DNA of 64,000 nt, from assembly GCA_963664705.1 (NCBI GenBank), contig OY761556.1, positions 3,072,001 to 3,136,000 of the forward strand, in the 5' to 3' direction. The notes under the pieces are model-generated. The model saw only the letters and a list, made by a program, of their open reading frames with translations, was not told the DNA's origin and searched no databases. The position numbers were made by a program, and so were the translations under genes. Below, in pieces: positions 9,495-18,368 of this stretch; position 1 is the first letter of the stretch; each line of letters starts with the position of its first letter. This DNA is from Acidobacteriota bacterium (GTDB taxonomy: Bacteria; Acidobacteriota; UBA6911).

Positions 9495-10934
9495 TTATTT
9501 GGAGGGCGCAGCTTCCATATTGGCAATCGCGAACAACTCGCTTCGACTCATGATGTATAAAGCTCCATTCGCAGCAACCGGTGTGCTGTACACAGAACTA
9601 CCCATTAAATTCTTCGCGAGAGTCTTTTGCTTTTTGCCGGCCAGAAAAACAGCAACATCGCCATCTTCATCCGCGAGATATATCTTCCCGTCTGAAAGCA
9701 GCGGAGATCCCCAAATTGCAGACTGCAGATCGTAATTCCAATAGGATTTCCCGGTTTCACTGTCGAGACAATGCAGAACGCCGCTGAAATCGGAGATATA
9801 CACCAACCCATCGGCAATGGCCGCGGTCGAAATAGAGCGGCGGACTTTGTCGCTGTGCCAGACCCGTCCACTTTCGGTGATATCGCCGCTTTGGGATGGA
9901 TCAATACTGTACATATGACCGGGGCCTTCTCCATGTTCCGGATCCTGACCGCTGGGAACGAAGACCCTGTTATTAAAGAAGACCGGAGTAGCAATTCCGT
10001 AATTTTTTGTTTTGGGCCAGACTGCGTTTTTGGGGTTCAAATCAAAGGACCAGAGCCTCTCTCCGGTACGCGCATTGAAGCCGTAGAGCCATCCATCACC
10101 GCCGGGAAAGAAAACCTGCATCGTTCCATTGACTTCACCTAGAGCCGGCGAAGCCCATTGTCCGTGAAGGATATGATCGCCAGGTGAATTATCCTGCCAG
10201 ACAACTTTGCCGGAGTTTTTATTGACAGCAATGAAGCTTGGGGCTTTAGGCGCAAAGACCTTCTCGTGATTTTCCGATACACCGTTTGAGGTCTCCACGA
10301 AAATCAAGTCGCCCCAAATAACCGGCGAGGAGCTGGCCATGTTGTGCGCATAGGTCCCCAACTCCTGCATCATATCGAGCTTCCAGATTACATCCGCATC
10401 CAGTTTGCTTTTATAGGCTTCATTCTGAACCGGACCGTCATTTTTCCCATCTTGAAATCCCTCAGTATCCAGGCAGACGAGTTCGCCGCGATTTGTAACA
10501 TAATAGAGACGCTTTCCTTCCACTGCGGGAGAAGAACACACTCCCTGTTCCGGCCAATCGTTGGCCGGACCTGAATCCAGCTTGTCCGTTACCGCCTGCC
10601 AGAGAAATTGACCGTCAGATTCGCGGAAGCACATCAGGATTCCCTTGTCGTCTTTAATTTCCGGATTTCGCGCATGCGCATTGTTGGTTCCAACAAACAC
10701 TTTTCCGTCTGCAACAACGGGGTTACCGTAGGATGTATCCCCAAGTGCTGCTCTCCATTTTATGTTGCTGCCAGTCTTGAGATCCCAGGTCGAGGGCAGC
10801 CCGACAATGGAACTAATCATATTTCGCTGAACCGATCCTCCCCACATGGGCCAGTCCTGAGATACAAGCGGCAGAATGGAAGCCGCCAGCAATAGGGTTG
10901 CAGCACAAACAATTATAAAGTGCACGTGGCGCAT
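9495..10934 (-). CDS. Secreted PQQ-like (BamB-type) beta-propeller protein
   Basis: Signal peptide, DWPMWGG..RN, repeated SSP..G..L..D..TG..W units. Confidence 0.85.
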   Translation of the reverse strand: MRHVHFIIVCAATLLLAASILPLVSQDWPMWGGSVQRNMISSIVGLPSTWDLKTGSNIKWRAALGDTSYGNPVVADGKVFVGTNNAHARNPEIKDDKGILMCFRESDGQFLWQAVTDKLDSGPANDWPEQGVCSSPAVEGKRLYYVTNRGELVCLDTEGFQDGKNDGPVQNEAYKSKLDADVIWKLDMMQELGTYAHNMASSSPVIWGDLIFVETSNGVSENHEKVFAPKAPSFIAVNKNSGKVVWQDNSPGDHILHGQWASPALGEVNGTMQVFFPGGDGWLYGFNARTGERLWSFDLNPKNAVWPKTKNYGIATPVFFNNRVFVPSGQDPEHGEGPGHMYSIDPSQSGDITESGRVWHSDKVRRSISTAAIADGLVYISDFSGVLHCLDSETGKSYWNYDLQSAIWGSPLLSDGKIYLADEDGDVAVFLAGKKQKTLAKNLMGSSVYSTPVAANGALYIMSRSELFAIANMEAAPSK

Positions 10935-11032
10935 GGTCTTCTCGAATATCTTGCGATTATCTCATCGGATCTTGGATCCTTTAAGGTGGCGCTAGTCTGC
11001 CGCCTCAAGGGATCGCCGCACAAAGAACAGGT

Positions 11033-11572
11033 CTAAGGCTTTTCGGCGCCTGTTTTATCCGGGGAAGCATCCAATGCCTCCATGATCTTTGCTTCGAGTG
11101 CCTTCTCGTCCCCTCGGTTGTAACCATTCTGATAAAACAGAACCTCGTTCTTTCTGCCGAGCAGATAGTGGGTCGGTGTCATCGTGAGGCGATAATCATC
11201 CATAAGATCATCTTGGGATACACCCAGCAATACGGGCACGGTTATGTGATATTTCTCCGTCCAGCCTGCAATCAGTTTGCTTTCATCCGGCTTGACGTTG
11301 ATTATGACGTAGGACAACCCTTGTTCCTTATATTTGTCGTATATCTTCAGGACTTCTGGTATCGCAAGATTGCAATAAGCGCAACTTGGATAATAAAAGG
11401 CTACCAGGGTTAATTTGTTTGCAAAATCCGGCAAGGTTTTCGTGATGCCTTCGGGAGTTTTCAGCTTGAACGGTTTAAACTTTTCTGCTGCAGGCCCGAG
11501 GGTCGTTAATAGAATAAGGCAACAGACAGTCAGGATGGTAATTTGAATGCTTTTCCTATCGCTTCTTGTCAT
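11033..11572 (-). CDS. Exported TlpA/redoxin-family thiol-disulfide protein
   Basis: AAGGA RBS before ATG 11572, signal peptide, FYYPSCAYC CxxC, cis-Pro loop MTPT. Confidence 0.85.
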   Translation of the reverse strand: MTRSDRKSIQITILTVCCLILLTTLGPAAEKFKPFKLKTPEGITKTLPDFANKLTLVAFYYPSCAYCNLAIPEVLKIYDKYKEQGLSYVIINVKPDESKLIAGWTEKYHITVPVLLGVSQDDLMDDYRLTMTPTHYLLGRKNEVLFYQNGYNRGDEKALEAKIMEALDASPDKTGAEKP

Positions 11573-11683
11573 TTTGTATTCCTTGCAAATGCACTCATTG
11601 ATCACATTCAGGCAAACAAAAATGTCCGCATAATTCAGCGGGCAGCCACAGATGGCCACCCGCCGAAATAAACAGAATATCAA

Positions 11684-12787
11684 CTATTTTGCTGGTTTCT
11701 TTCCGCCGAGGCTGAAAGTCACGCCGAATTGCAGACTCATTTTATTCAGATTCCCGCTTTGCTGGGTGCCGGTAAAGTCCTTCAATATACCACCCCACAC
11801 ACGGACGGGAACTGTTAGAAAATAGGATCCAAGCTTTGTTCTCAGCGACAGGCCTGGGTTCAATGTTACAAGATATCCTGGCTGCCGATATCCCTCGGAA
11901 CCAGTCAGGACATTAAACGTCGGCACTCCCGCAATCTGGCTGCCCAAAGAGACGGAGAGCCCCTTCAAATGCGGGACAGGCGCGGACATGCCGGCATTAT
12001 ATAGATAGGAATCGGGCGTGGCGTTATAGCGCTTATTCGCCGCTACGGCGTCAGGCCCACCCGGGTTAAATGTGGACATGATTGACTGGGTATTGTTCTG
12101 CTCCTTGAAACTGAACAGATATAGAGCATTTGCATACACAGCGAAATGGCTGAACCTTCGGTATCCCTGCATTGCCACTCGGAGCCCGGCCGCACCGCTG
12201 CCAGGTTGTACGTCCGATTTTGCAGCATGGAGCTTGATATCCTGTCCCAGAATATTGGGGAACATAACCTGATAGTCCGAGTTTCCAGTAGGTAATCTGA
12301 AGGCCAACTGGAAGGCCATGTTCTGTTTTGTATTCTTTTCAGGATTGAAGAGCCATACGCGCCCGCCAATTATGGCATCACCCAGGCCTTTGGTTTTCAT
12401 TTCACGCCGTGAGCCTGCAATGGGATAGTTCCAGTAGGAATCGAGTAAGACCGGAACATCTGCGGTGATGTTGATTCTGCGGGTAAGGGCATACGCGCCC
12501 TGGAAGTTTAAGGATGTGCCACCCTGTTTTGGAGCCGCGTCCGCATTAATGAGGTCGCTCCGCAACTGGGTTCCGGTGAAGTATTGGTCGCTGTTAAACC
12601 GATTCAAACTGCCTTGAATCTGCCATTCTCCCTTTTCCAGATAGGGTCCAAGTAGGCCGCCGCTCATGGGGGCCACATTTCTTGCTAAAATTCAACCACA
12701 ACCTTGTGAAAACGCGCTCTGTGGCGCAAGCAGAGCCAGGCAAAGTGCCCACGGCACCAGCCAGCCCAGCAATTTCATCTTTGTCAT
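11684..12787 (-). CDS. Exported outer-membrane beta-barrel transporter-family selenoprotein, paralog 2 (signal peptide + QGCG-U)
   Basis: AAAGGA RBS, ATG 12787, MTKMKLLGWLVPWALCLALLAPQSAFSQGCG-UGA(12692-94)-ILARNVAP; UGA is codon 32, as in paralog 1. Confidence 0.85.
12652..12676 (-). promoter_or_regulatory. SECIS-like hairpin (barrel paralog 2)
   Basis: GUGGCC-CC-CAUGAGC-GG(C)GGCC(U)AC starting 15 nt after the UGA; weaker stem. Confidence 0.5.
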
Positions 12788-13153
12788 TTCTATTCCTTTC
12801 CATACACAGTTGTTTCAGCATTCAGAAAACCAGTTCATTTGACCAAAGCTTCCTCGCATTATGCAACAAGAAAGTTCTGCCAAATTGAGTAAGGCCAATT
12901 TCGCATACCTCCATAGGTCCGCGGCACTTTTATTGTCCGAAGGCAAATCCTAACTCAGATCTATTTTGCTCCGAAAAGCCTTGCTTCTATTCCCCTATCG
13001 GTGACACACTTATTCTGACATGAATAAAGTATTTACATCCCGCTTCTCCGGCTTCACTTGATAATCCTTTCCATACACGTCGGTACGCCGTCATCCTGAT
13101 TTCTCATTTTCGATAATCCAAATTGTGAGCTCATTGCAGCTGCGGAGCTTTGC

Positions 13154-13669
13154 GTGCAAGACACTGCGAAAGATAAGCCTCTTCTTATTCATCGACTCAA
13201 AACCTTTGATCGGAGCCTCGAAGAATTGCGGCACAAAGCCGGATCTGGTGAAATTGCGGCCAGCAAAGCGGAACAGCTGATTCGGCAGCTTTCGGGATCC
13301 AACGATATCAACTTGCGCAGGCAATTCAGATTTACCCGGAGTGGTGAAAACAGGATTACTTATTGTAGAAAATATGATTTGGGTTGCGGGTATCGGCTTG
13401 TATTCATCAGGAAAGGAGAGCAAATCGCCTTTCTATATGTTGGGACACATGACGACTGCTTTCGTTGGATTAGCCGAAATAGGGGATTTACCTACGAATT
13501 CGTTGATTCAATGAATAATCCCGAGCCTCCACGGCCAGAAGCTGAAACCAATCATTTCTCCGATGAACATCAATATCTTGAAACAGACGAATATGAAGAC
13601 CAGCTGATGCGCAAAATAGATGACAAAATTTTGCGGGTTGTCTTTGCCGGCCTGACAACACAGTCTTAG
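13154..13669 (+). CDS. Hypothetical protein with a RelE/YafQ-like segment and an acidic tail
   Basis: KYDLGCGYRLVF...LYVGTHDDC resembles RelE-fold YRL/VGTH motifs; start uncertain. Confidence 0.5.
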   Translation: MQDTAKDKPLLIHRLKTFDRSLEELRHKAGSGEIAASKAEQLIRQLSGSNDINLRRQFRFTRSGENRITYCRKYDLGCGYRLVFIRKGEQIAFLYVGTHDDCFRWISRNRGFTYEFVDSMNNPEPPRPEAETNHFSDEHQYLETDEYEDQLMRKIDDKILRVVFAGLTTQS

Positions 13670-13845
13670 TTCAGTTTTTTGATAGAAGATACTTCATATT
13701 TGCAGCATTCAGCAACGCGTGTTTTGGACCCAATCAAATTGTACCCTCATCCCAATCCCGAGTGAAAAACCAGCCACCATCCCCGTTTCCCATCCATGGG
13801 CTTATAGTCGTGGCTGGGAAACGGGGAACTGATAACAGGGCGCTA

Positions 13846-16197
13846 TTAAGCTTTACCAAGCGCTTTAAGCACCTTATCCGGCGTGGCAGGCGGGTCTACC
13901 CATTTATCAATTGCATTGTAAATGGCACAGATGATCATATGTGTGTTTGACATGGAATGGCTGATGCCGTTGGCCCCGTAGGTTCCATTGCCGGCGCGCG
14001 TTTCAACCAGACTCGTCTGTAGCTTCGGCACATCCAGCATGCCCGGTTTTTTGTACTCGATCATGTTGGTATTGAGTTTTACGCCGGTCTGCTTATCGTA
14101 GAAGTAGTCTTCAAACATCTGGCATCCCTGGCTGAAGAACGCAACCTGGTCGAGTTGCCCCTCAAGCGAAATGCGCCTGATTACTTTGCCCGAGTCCACC
14201 GCGGCTCCGTACCTCAGGATTTCCACCTCACCCGTTTCTGTATCGACAGCCACTTCGCAGTACAGAGTATTCAGTGTGTCATACTTGCTGGGCCATAGCG
14301 GTGCGGGAGGATGCCCGGCAAATGTCGCAAATACGTTTGACGAGAGACTCTTGATTGGTACCCCGGCAGTCTTGTCTGACTTGAGTACTATTTTGCCATT
14401 TACTATATCCAGGTCTTCCGGCTTCTTGCCCTTCAACGGGTTTGGAGCCGTCTTTCGCGGCGGTCCGAATCCTCCAGCCGCCGGTTTGTCCGCTTCAGCA
14501 ATCGCCGCTTCAAAAATGCGCTGTCTGAATATCTGGCAGCATTCTTTCATGACCCAACCCGTAGCTACAAGTCCGTCTGCCCCTCCGCTAATAGACACGA
14601 ACATTGCATTGGGATCATAATCAATGCTGATATCCGCAGCTTCCAGGCCGAGCTCTTCTGCGGCAATCATGGCAACGCCTTCAACAGAAAATACCCCAGC
14701 ATGGGGACCCTGGATCGGCATGTGCACAACTCCGTTCCGAAGCTCGAGCACTGCGTGAAAATCACTGCCCATTGCATGCCTTGGGCACATCTGGTATCTG
14801 AAACCGGCCCCGTGCATCCTGCCGTCAGGCAGTTTCTTTGCGCCGTTTTTATGCCAGGTCCAGTTCATCATTTTCTTTCCGGCTTCGATGCAGGCGTCAA
14901 AGCTGGGAACCGATCTTGTGTCCTTCTGTCCGTCAGGCCCATGGAGGTTCAGCCTGGCAATATCGATTGGGTCTTTCCCAAGTTTCTCGGCAATTATATG
15001 AATTGCCATAGTAACGGAGTCCCAATTGAAGGGACAAAATTGCGAACTGAATGGCATCAGACCGCGATTGCTGTCCACGATATCCATTCTCTGCCGGATG
15101 TTAAGGCATTTTGTTCCTATGTACGGTCCGTAACCCTGATCGCCAATAGTCCCGAAAAATGAATTGCCTGTAGTGCCGCCGTCGGCAATAGAGAAATCAT
15201 CGAAAGCGGTAATCAGTCCGTCCTTTGTAAATCCCACCTTCATGTGAATAAAACGCTGCTGAATCATGAAATCAAAGGTGTCCTTGCGTGTGTTTATGCA
15301 ACGCACGGGCCTTCCGGTCCTCTTTGCCAGAAGCGGCGTAATCTGCTGGGATCGTCGTATCGTCCAGTCGCAGTACTTGCCACCCTGAAAGAGCCCTTCC
15401 TGTACCGTCTTTTCCGGCGGCAGACCGTACAATTGTCCGATCGCGTTTTTGCCGCCGCTGGCGTGCCAGACAGCGCCTTCTATATGGAGATTATCTCTTC
15501 CAAGGTAAGGATCATCGAACCACCACGCTACGGAACTGTGCGGATTGGGAGAAGCGGAAGCATACGTAGGCATGTTTAGGTCGTATTCGATAATGTAATC
15601 GGCTTCCTTGAAACCTTGCTCTACATCTCCCTGGTTTTGATTTGAATAGGAAACATTCCCTTTTTTCGGAGGATTGTTATTCCCTCCCCCACCGAAAGGA
15701 TTGCTGGGACCGCCTCTATCCTCGGGCCGAATCACCGGAGCGCTGGCTTCTCTTCCCGCTTTGATATCCACGACATGCGGAAGGATTTCCCATTCCACAT
15801 TAAGTGCCTTTAAAGCCTCATCGCAGATATCTCCATTTTCCGCTACCACAATGAATCCCACTTCTATGTTTTCTTCTTCTGCAACATCGGAAATAAAAGG
15901 CTGGGGCGCACCGCCCATGCCGCCACGCTGCAGCTTTTTTAAGTCTTCATCCTTCCATGTGACGATATCCACAACTCCGGGAACAGCCTTGGCTTTTTCG
16001 AGATTGAAACTTTTTATCCTTGCGTGCGCATGAGGACTGCGCAGAAATTTGGCTTCGAGCATATTGGGAACGACATAATCGATTCCGAATTTAGCGAGAC
16101 CCGAGGCAACTGCCCATGACAGTTTGCCGGGCAGGTTTGCCCTGCCGACTACCCTGAAATCCTCTCTTTGTCCGTTAGTTCCTGTTAAATCAGCCAT
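13846..16197 (-). CDS. Xanthine dehydrogenase family molybdopterin-binding subunit
   Basis: LRSPHAHARI, LAKRTGRPVR, IAEKLGKDP, EVAVDTETGEV, EGQ, YK.P, PATPDKVL. Confidence 0.9.
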   Translation of the reverse strand: MADLTGTNGQREDFRVVGRANLPGKLSWAVASGLAKFGIDYVVPNMLEAKFLRSPHAHARIKSFNLEKAKAVPGVVDIVTWKDEDLKKLQRGGMGGAPQPFISDVAEEENIEVGFIVVAENGDICDEALKALNVEWEILPHVVDIKAGREASAPVIRPEDRGGPSNPFGGGGNNNPPKKGNVSYSNQNQGDVEQGFKEADYIIEYDLNMPTYASASPNPHSSVAWWFDDPYLGRDNLHIEGAVWHASGGKNAIGQLYGLPPEKTVQEGLFQGGKYCDWTIRRSQQITPLLAKRTGRPVRCINTRKDTFDFMIQQRFIHMKVGFTKDGLITAFDDFSIADGGTTGNSFFGTIGDQGYGPYIGTKCLNIRQRMDIVDSNRGLMPFSSQFCPFNWDSVTMAIHIIAEKLGKDPIDIARLNLHGPDGQKDTRSVPSFDACIEAGKKMMNWTWHKNGAKKLPDGRMHGAGFRYQMCPRHAMGSDFHAVLELRNGVVHMPIQGPHAGVFSVEGVAMIAAEELGLEAADISIDYDPNAMFVSISGGADGLVATGWVMKECCQIFRQRIFEAAIAEADKPAAGGFGPPRKTAPNPLKGKKPEDLDIVNGKIVLKSDKTAGVPIKSLSSNVFATFAGHPPAPLWPSKYDTLNTLYCEVAVDTETGEVEILRYGAAVDSGKVIRRISLEGQLDQVAFFSQGCQMFEDYFYDKQTGVKLNTNMIEYKKPGMLDVPKLQTSLVETRAGNGTYGANGISHSMSNTHMIICAIYNAIDKWVDPPATPDKVLKALGKA

Positions 16198-16255
16198 TGT
16201 ATACCCCCATGATTAATTGCAGCGCTGCGTAGGTTGCGATAATGTAATTAGATTG

Positions 16256-17299
16256 CTAAGCTAATTTTTCCAGAATCGGCTGTAATCTTGATGGCTCCAG
16301 TCCGATTGAAAAGGCGTTGATACCTTCCATAATTTTGAAAGATCCTGATTCAGACTTCGCGTCCATAATCAGTACATTCCCTCCAAAGCGTGGTTTCATA
16401 ATTCCCACACGGTGTTGAACCTGCCCAATGGTTTCAGAGTCAGTGAGGTTCTTTTCCATTAAAGACTCTATTGTGAGATCCGGCCCATTGATTGTCCGCT
16501 TATGCATATCCGCGTATACCGGCGTTTTGTTCACATCCGGAACAACGGACAGAAAGATCACTCTGGAATCAAGCACAGAAGATGTATCGCCGTTGCGATT
16601 CCGCAGCAGTCTTTGGGTTGCAATCTCAACCGGAACATAGTAAGAATCCACTTCTCTGGCCAAAGGCATCTTAAAAGCTATATATCTGCCCAGTTTTTTC
16701 GAATGGAGAACAAATTCCGGGATGCGCTTTGCAGGGTGATGGAACTGACGTCCGAAAGCAATTTCTCCGATTTCGACAACAAGAGGCTTATTGTCGGCAT
16801 CGAGAGCGACCCCAAGAATTCCATCAGGTTCGAGCTCAACGGTAAGGGCAAGCGCAACCCAGGCTTCATACCCTCTCCGAAACATTGCTGTTGTATCTAC
16901 GATAAGATCGTTTCCCACAACCCATTCAAAATCACCCTCAGGTATTTTCCCCTGAACCAGTTCAAATAGCCGGTTGTATATGAGGCGCATCATCCCTTGT
17001 TGGGGATTGTGAAGAAAGCTGGACAGATCGAGCGGCAACTGAATTTTGCAATTTAGTGTATTGGACAACCTGGTTTCAGACTCAATGTAATTTTGCGAGA
17101 GAGCGAAAATGTCCAATGCAAATGAACGGCTCCATGATTCGACGATTGCCGCTCGGACGTTGTCAAAATGCGCATAGAATCTGTCACGCCGATCTTTAGG
17201 AATGTGCACTTCATGTGGAGAAATATGGATTTCCGGGTTTGACGAAATGAATTCACTCAGAATCCCATACTCGCGTTTCCACTTTGGATCAAGAGTCAT
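16256..17299 (-). CDS. Hypothetical protein within the molybdoenzyme operon
   Basis: 347-aa ORF co-oriented between the FAD and Mo subunits; no motif recognised. Confidence 0.7.
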   Translation of the reverse strand: MTLDPKWKREYGILSEFISSNPEIHISPHEVHIPKDRRDRFYAHFDNVRAAIVESWSRSFALDIFALSQNYIESETRLSNTLNCKIQLPLDLSSFLHNPQQGMMRLIYNRLFELVQGKIPEGDFEWVVGNDLIVDTTAMFRRGYEAWVALALTVELEPDGILGVALDADNKPLVVEIGEIAFGRQFHHPAKRIPEFVLHSKKLGRYIAFKMPLAREVDSYYVPVEIATQRLLRNRNGDTSSVLDSRVIFLSVVPDVNKTPVYADMHKRTINGPDLTIESLMEKNLTDSETIGQVQHRVGIMKPRFGGNVLIMDAKSESGSFKIMEGINAFSIGLEPSRLQPILEKLA

Positions 17300-17319
17300 A
17301 AATATCTTGTCTATGAACC

Positions 17320-17393
17320 GTCCATCGGGTCGGAATCGGAATCGAAATTAGGCTTCCAACCCCAATACCGATTCCGACCGCGAATCCGATGGA
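17320..17393. repeat. Inverted repeat with hexamer-periodic arms
   Basis: GTCCATCGG-GTCGGAATCGGAATCG ... CCGATTCCGAC-CGCGAAT-CCGATGGAC. Confidence 0.6.
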
Positions 17394-17405
17394 CATTCTA
17401 AATGG

Positions 17406-18356
17406 TTAGACAGTTGCCAGGAGCGCTCGTTTGACGAGCGTCTTTGCGATCTGCACTTTGTACTTGGTGGCACTCAACGGCTTGGCGTCTTCAACCGCAG
17501 CCGCGCCGGCCGCTTCGGCATTGGCTTCATTGATAGCCTTGCCTGCGATCGCCGCTTCGGCCTTGACCGCGCGATACGGTTTCGGGGCAACGGCATTCAG
17601 AGCAATCCTCGGAGCTCCTCCCCCCACCATCACGGCACAGTTGACGATCGGGAAATCGATCGACTTGCGGATGGCGAATTTGAGGAAAGCGCTCTTGGCA
17701 CCGGCCGGAGGGGTCGGGACCTGGATTTCGGTGATGAATTCGCCGGCAGCGAGAACGGTGTTGCCGGGGAATTTGACATCAAAGAAATTCTCGGCATTGA
17801 TCTTGCGCGTGTTGGTCACCACGGAGGCATTCAAAGCAATGAGAGCCGGGGCGACGTCGCTGGGATGAACGGCGATGCATTTGTTGACGTTGCCGAAGAT
17901 GGAGTGATAGCGGTTGTCGCCCATCATAGCAAAGCAGGTTGTGCCACCCTTGCGGACGCAAGGGAACCGGTTTTCCGGCTTCCGGAAGTACCAGCAGCGG
18001 TGGAGCTGAGCGATGTTGCCGCCGATGGTGCCCATGTCGCGGACATGGGGCGTGGCGACGCGCAGAGCTGCCTGAGCCAGAGCGGTGTATTTCGCATTGA
18101 TGTCCTTGTTGGCTGCGACATCCGCAAGGCGTGTGGCGGCGCCGATTTTCAGGATACCGGCTTCTTCCTTGATGTAATCGAGACCCGGGGTAACGGTCTT
18201 GATGTTAATCACGGCTTCGGGGTACGTGGGAAGGATGTTGTCCTTGAGCCGGCCGATGAGATCGGTGCCCCCGGCAATGATTTCTGTTTTTCCGCCGGCA
18301 AGGGCAGTTTTGACCTCGGCCAGGGTTTTTGCATTCGTATGATTGAAACCTTTCAT
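17406..18356 (-). CDS. Xanthine dehydrogenase family FAD-binding subunit (PaoB/HcrB-like, Cys cluster)
   Basis: IAGGTDL, GTIGGN, RCWYFR..C..GG..C..C 4Fe-4S insert, PSD. Confidence 0.92.
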   Translation of the reverse strand: MKGFNHTNAKTLAEVKTALAGGKTEIIAGGTDLIGRLKDNILPTYPEAVINIKTVTPGLDYIKEEAGILKIGAATRLADVAANKDINAKYTALAQAALRVATPHVRDMGTIGGNIAQLHRCWYFRKPENRFPCVRKGGTTCFAMMGDNRYHSIFGNVNKCIAVHPSDVAPALIALNASVVTNTRKINAENFFDVKFPGNTVLAAGEFITEIQVPTPPAGAKSAFLKFAIRKSIDFPIVNCAVMVGGGAPRIALNAVAPKPYRAVKAEAAIAGKAINEANAEAAGAAAVEDAKPLSATKYKVQIAKTLVKRALLATV

Positions 18357-18368
18357 GAGTGTCTCCTC

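Noticed and set aside
6342-12787. Reading the four UGA-interrupted genes as pseudogenes
   Set aside because: Each has exactly one lesion, always UGA and in frame, each followed by a hairpin, positionally conserved in two diverged paralogs, next to selABCD
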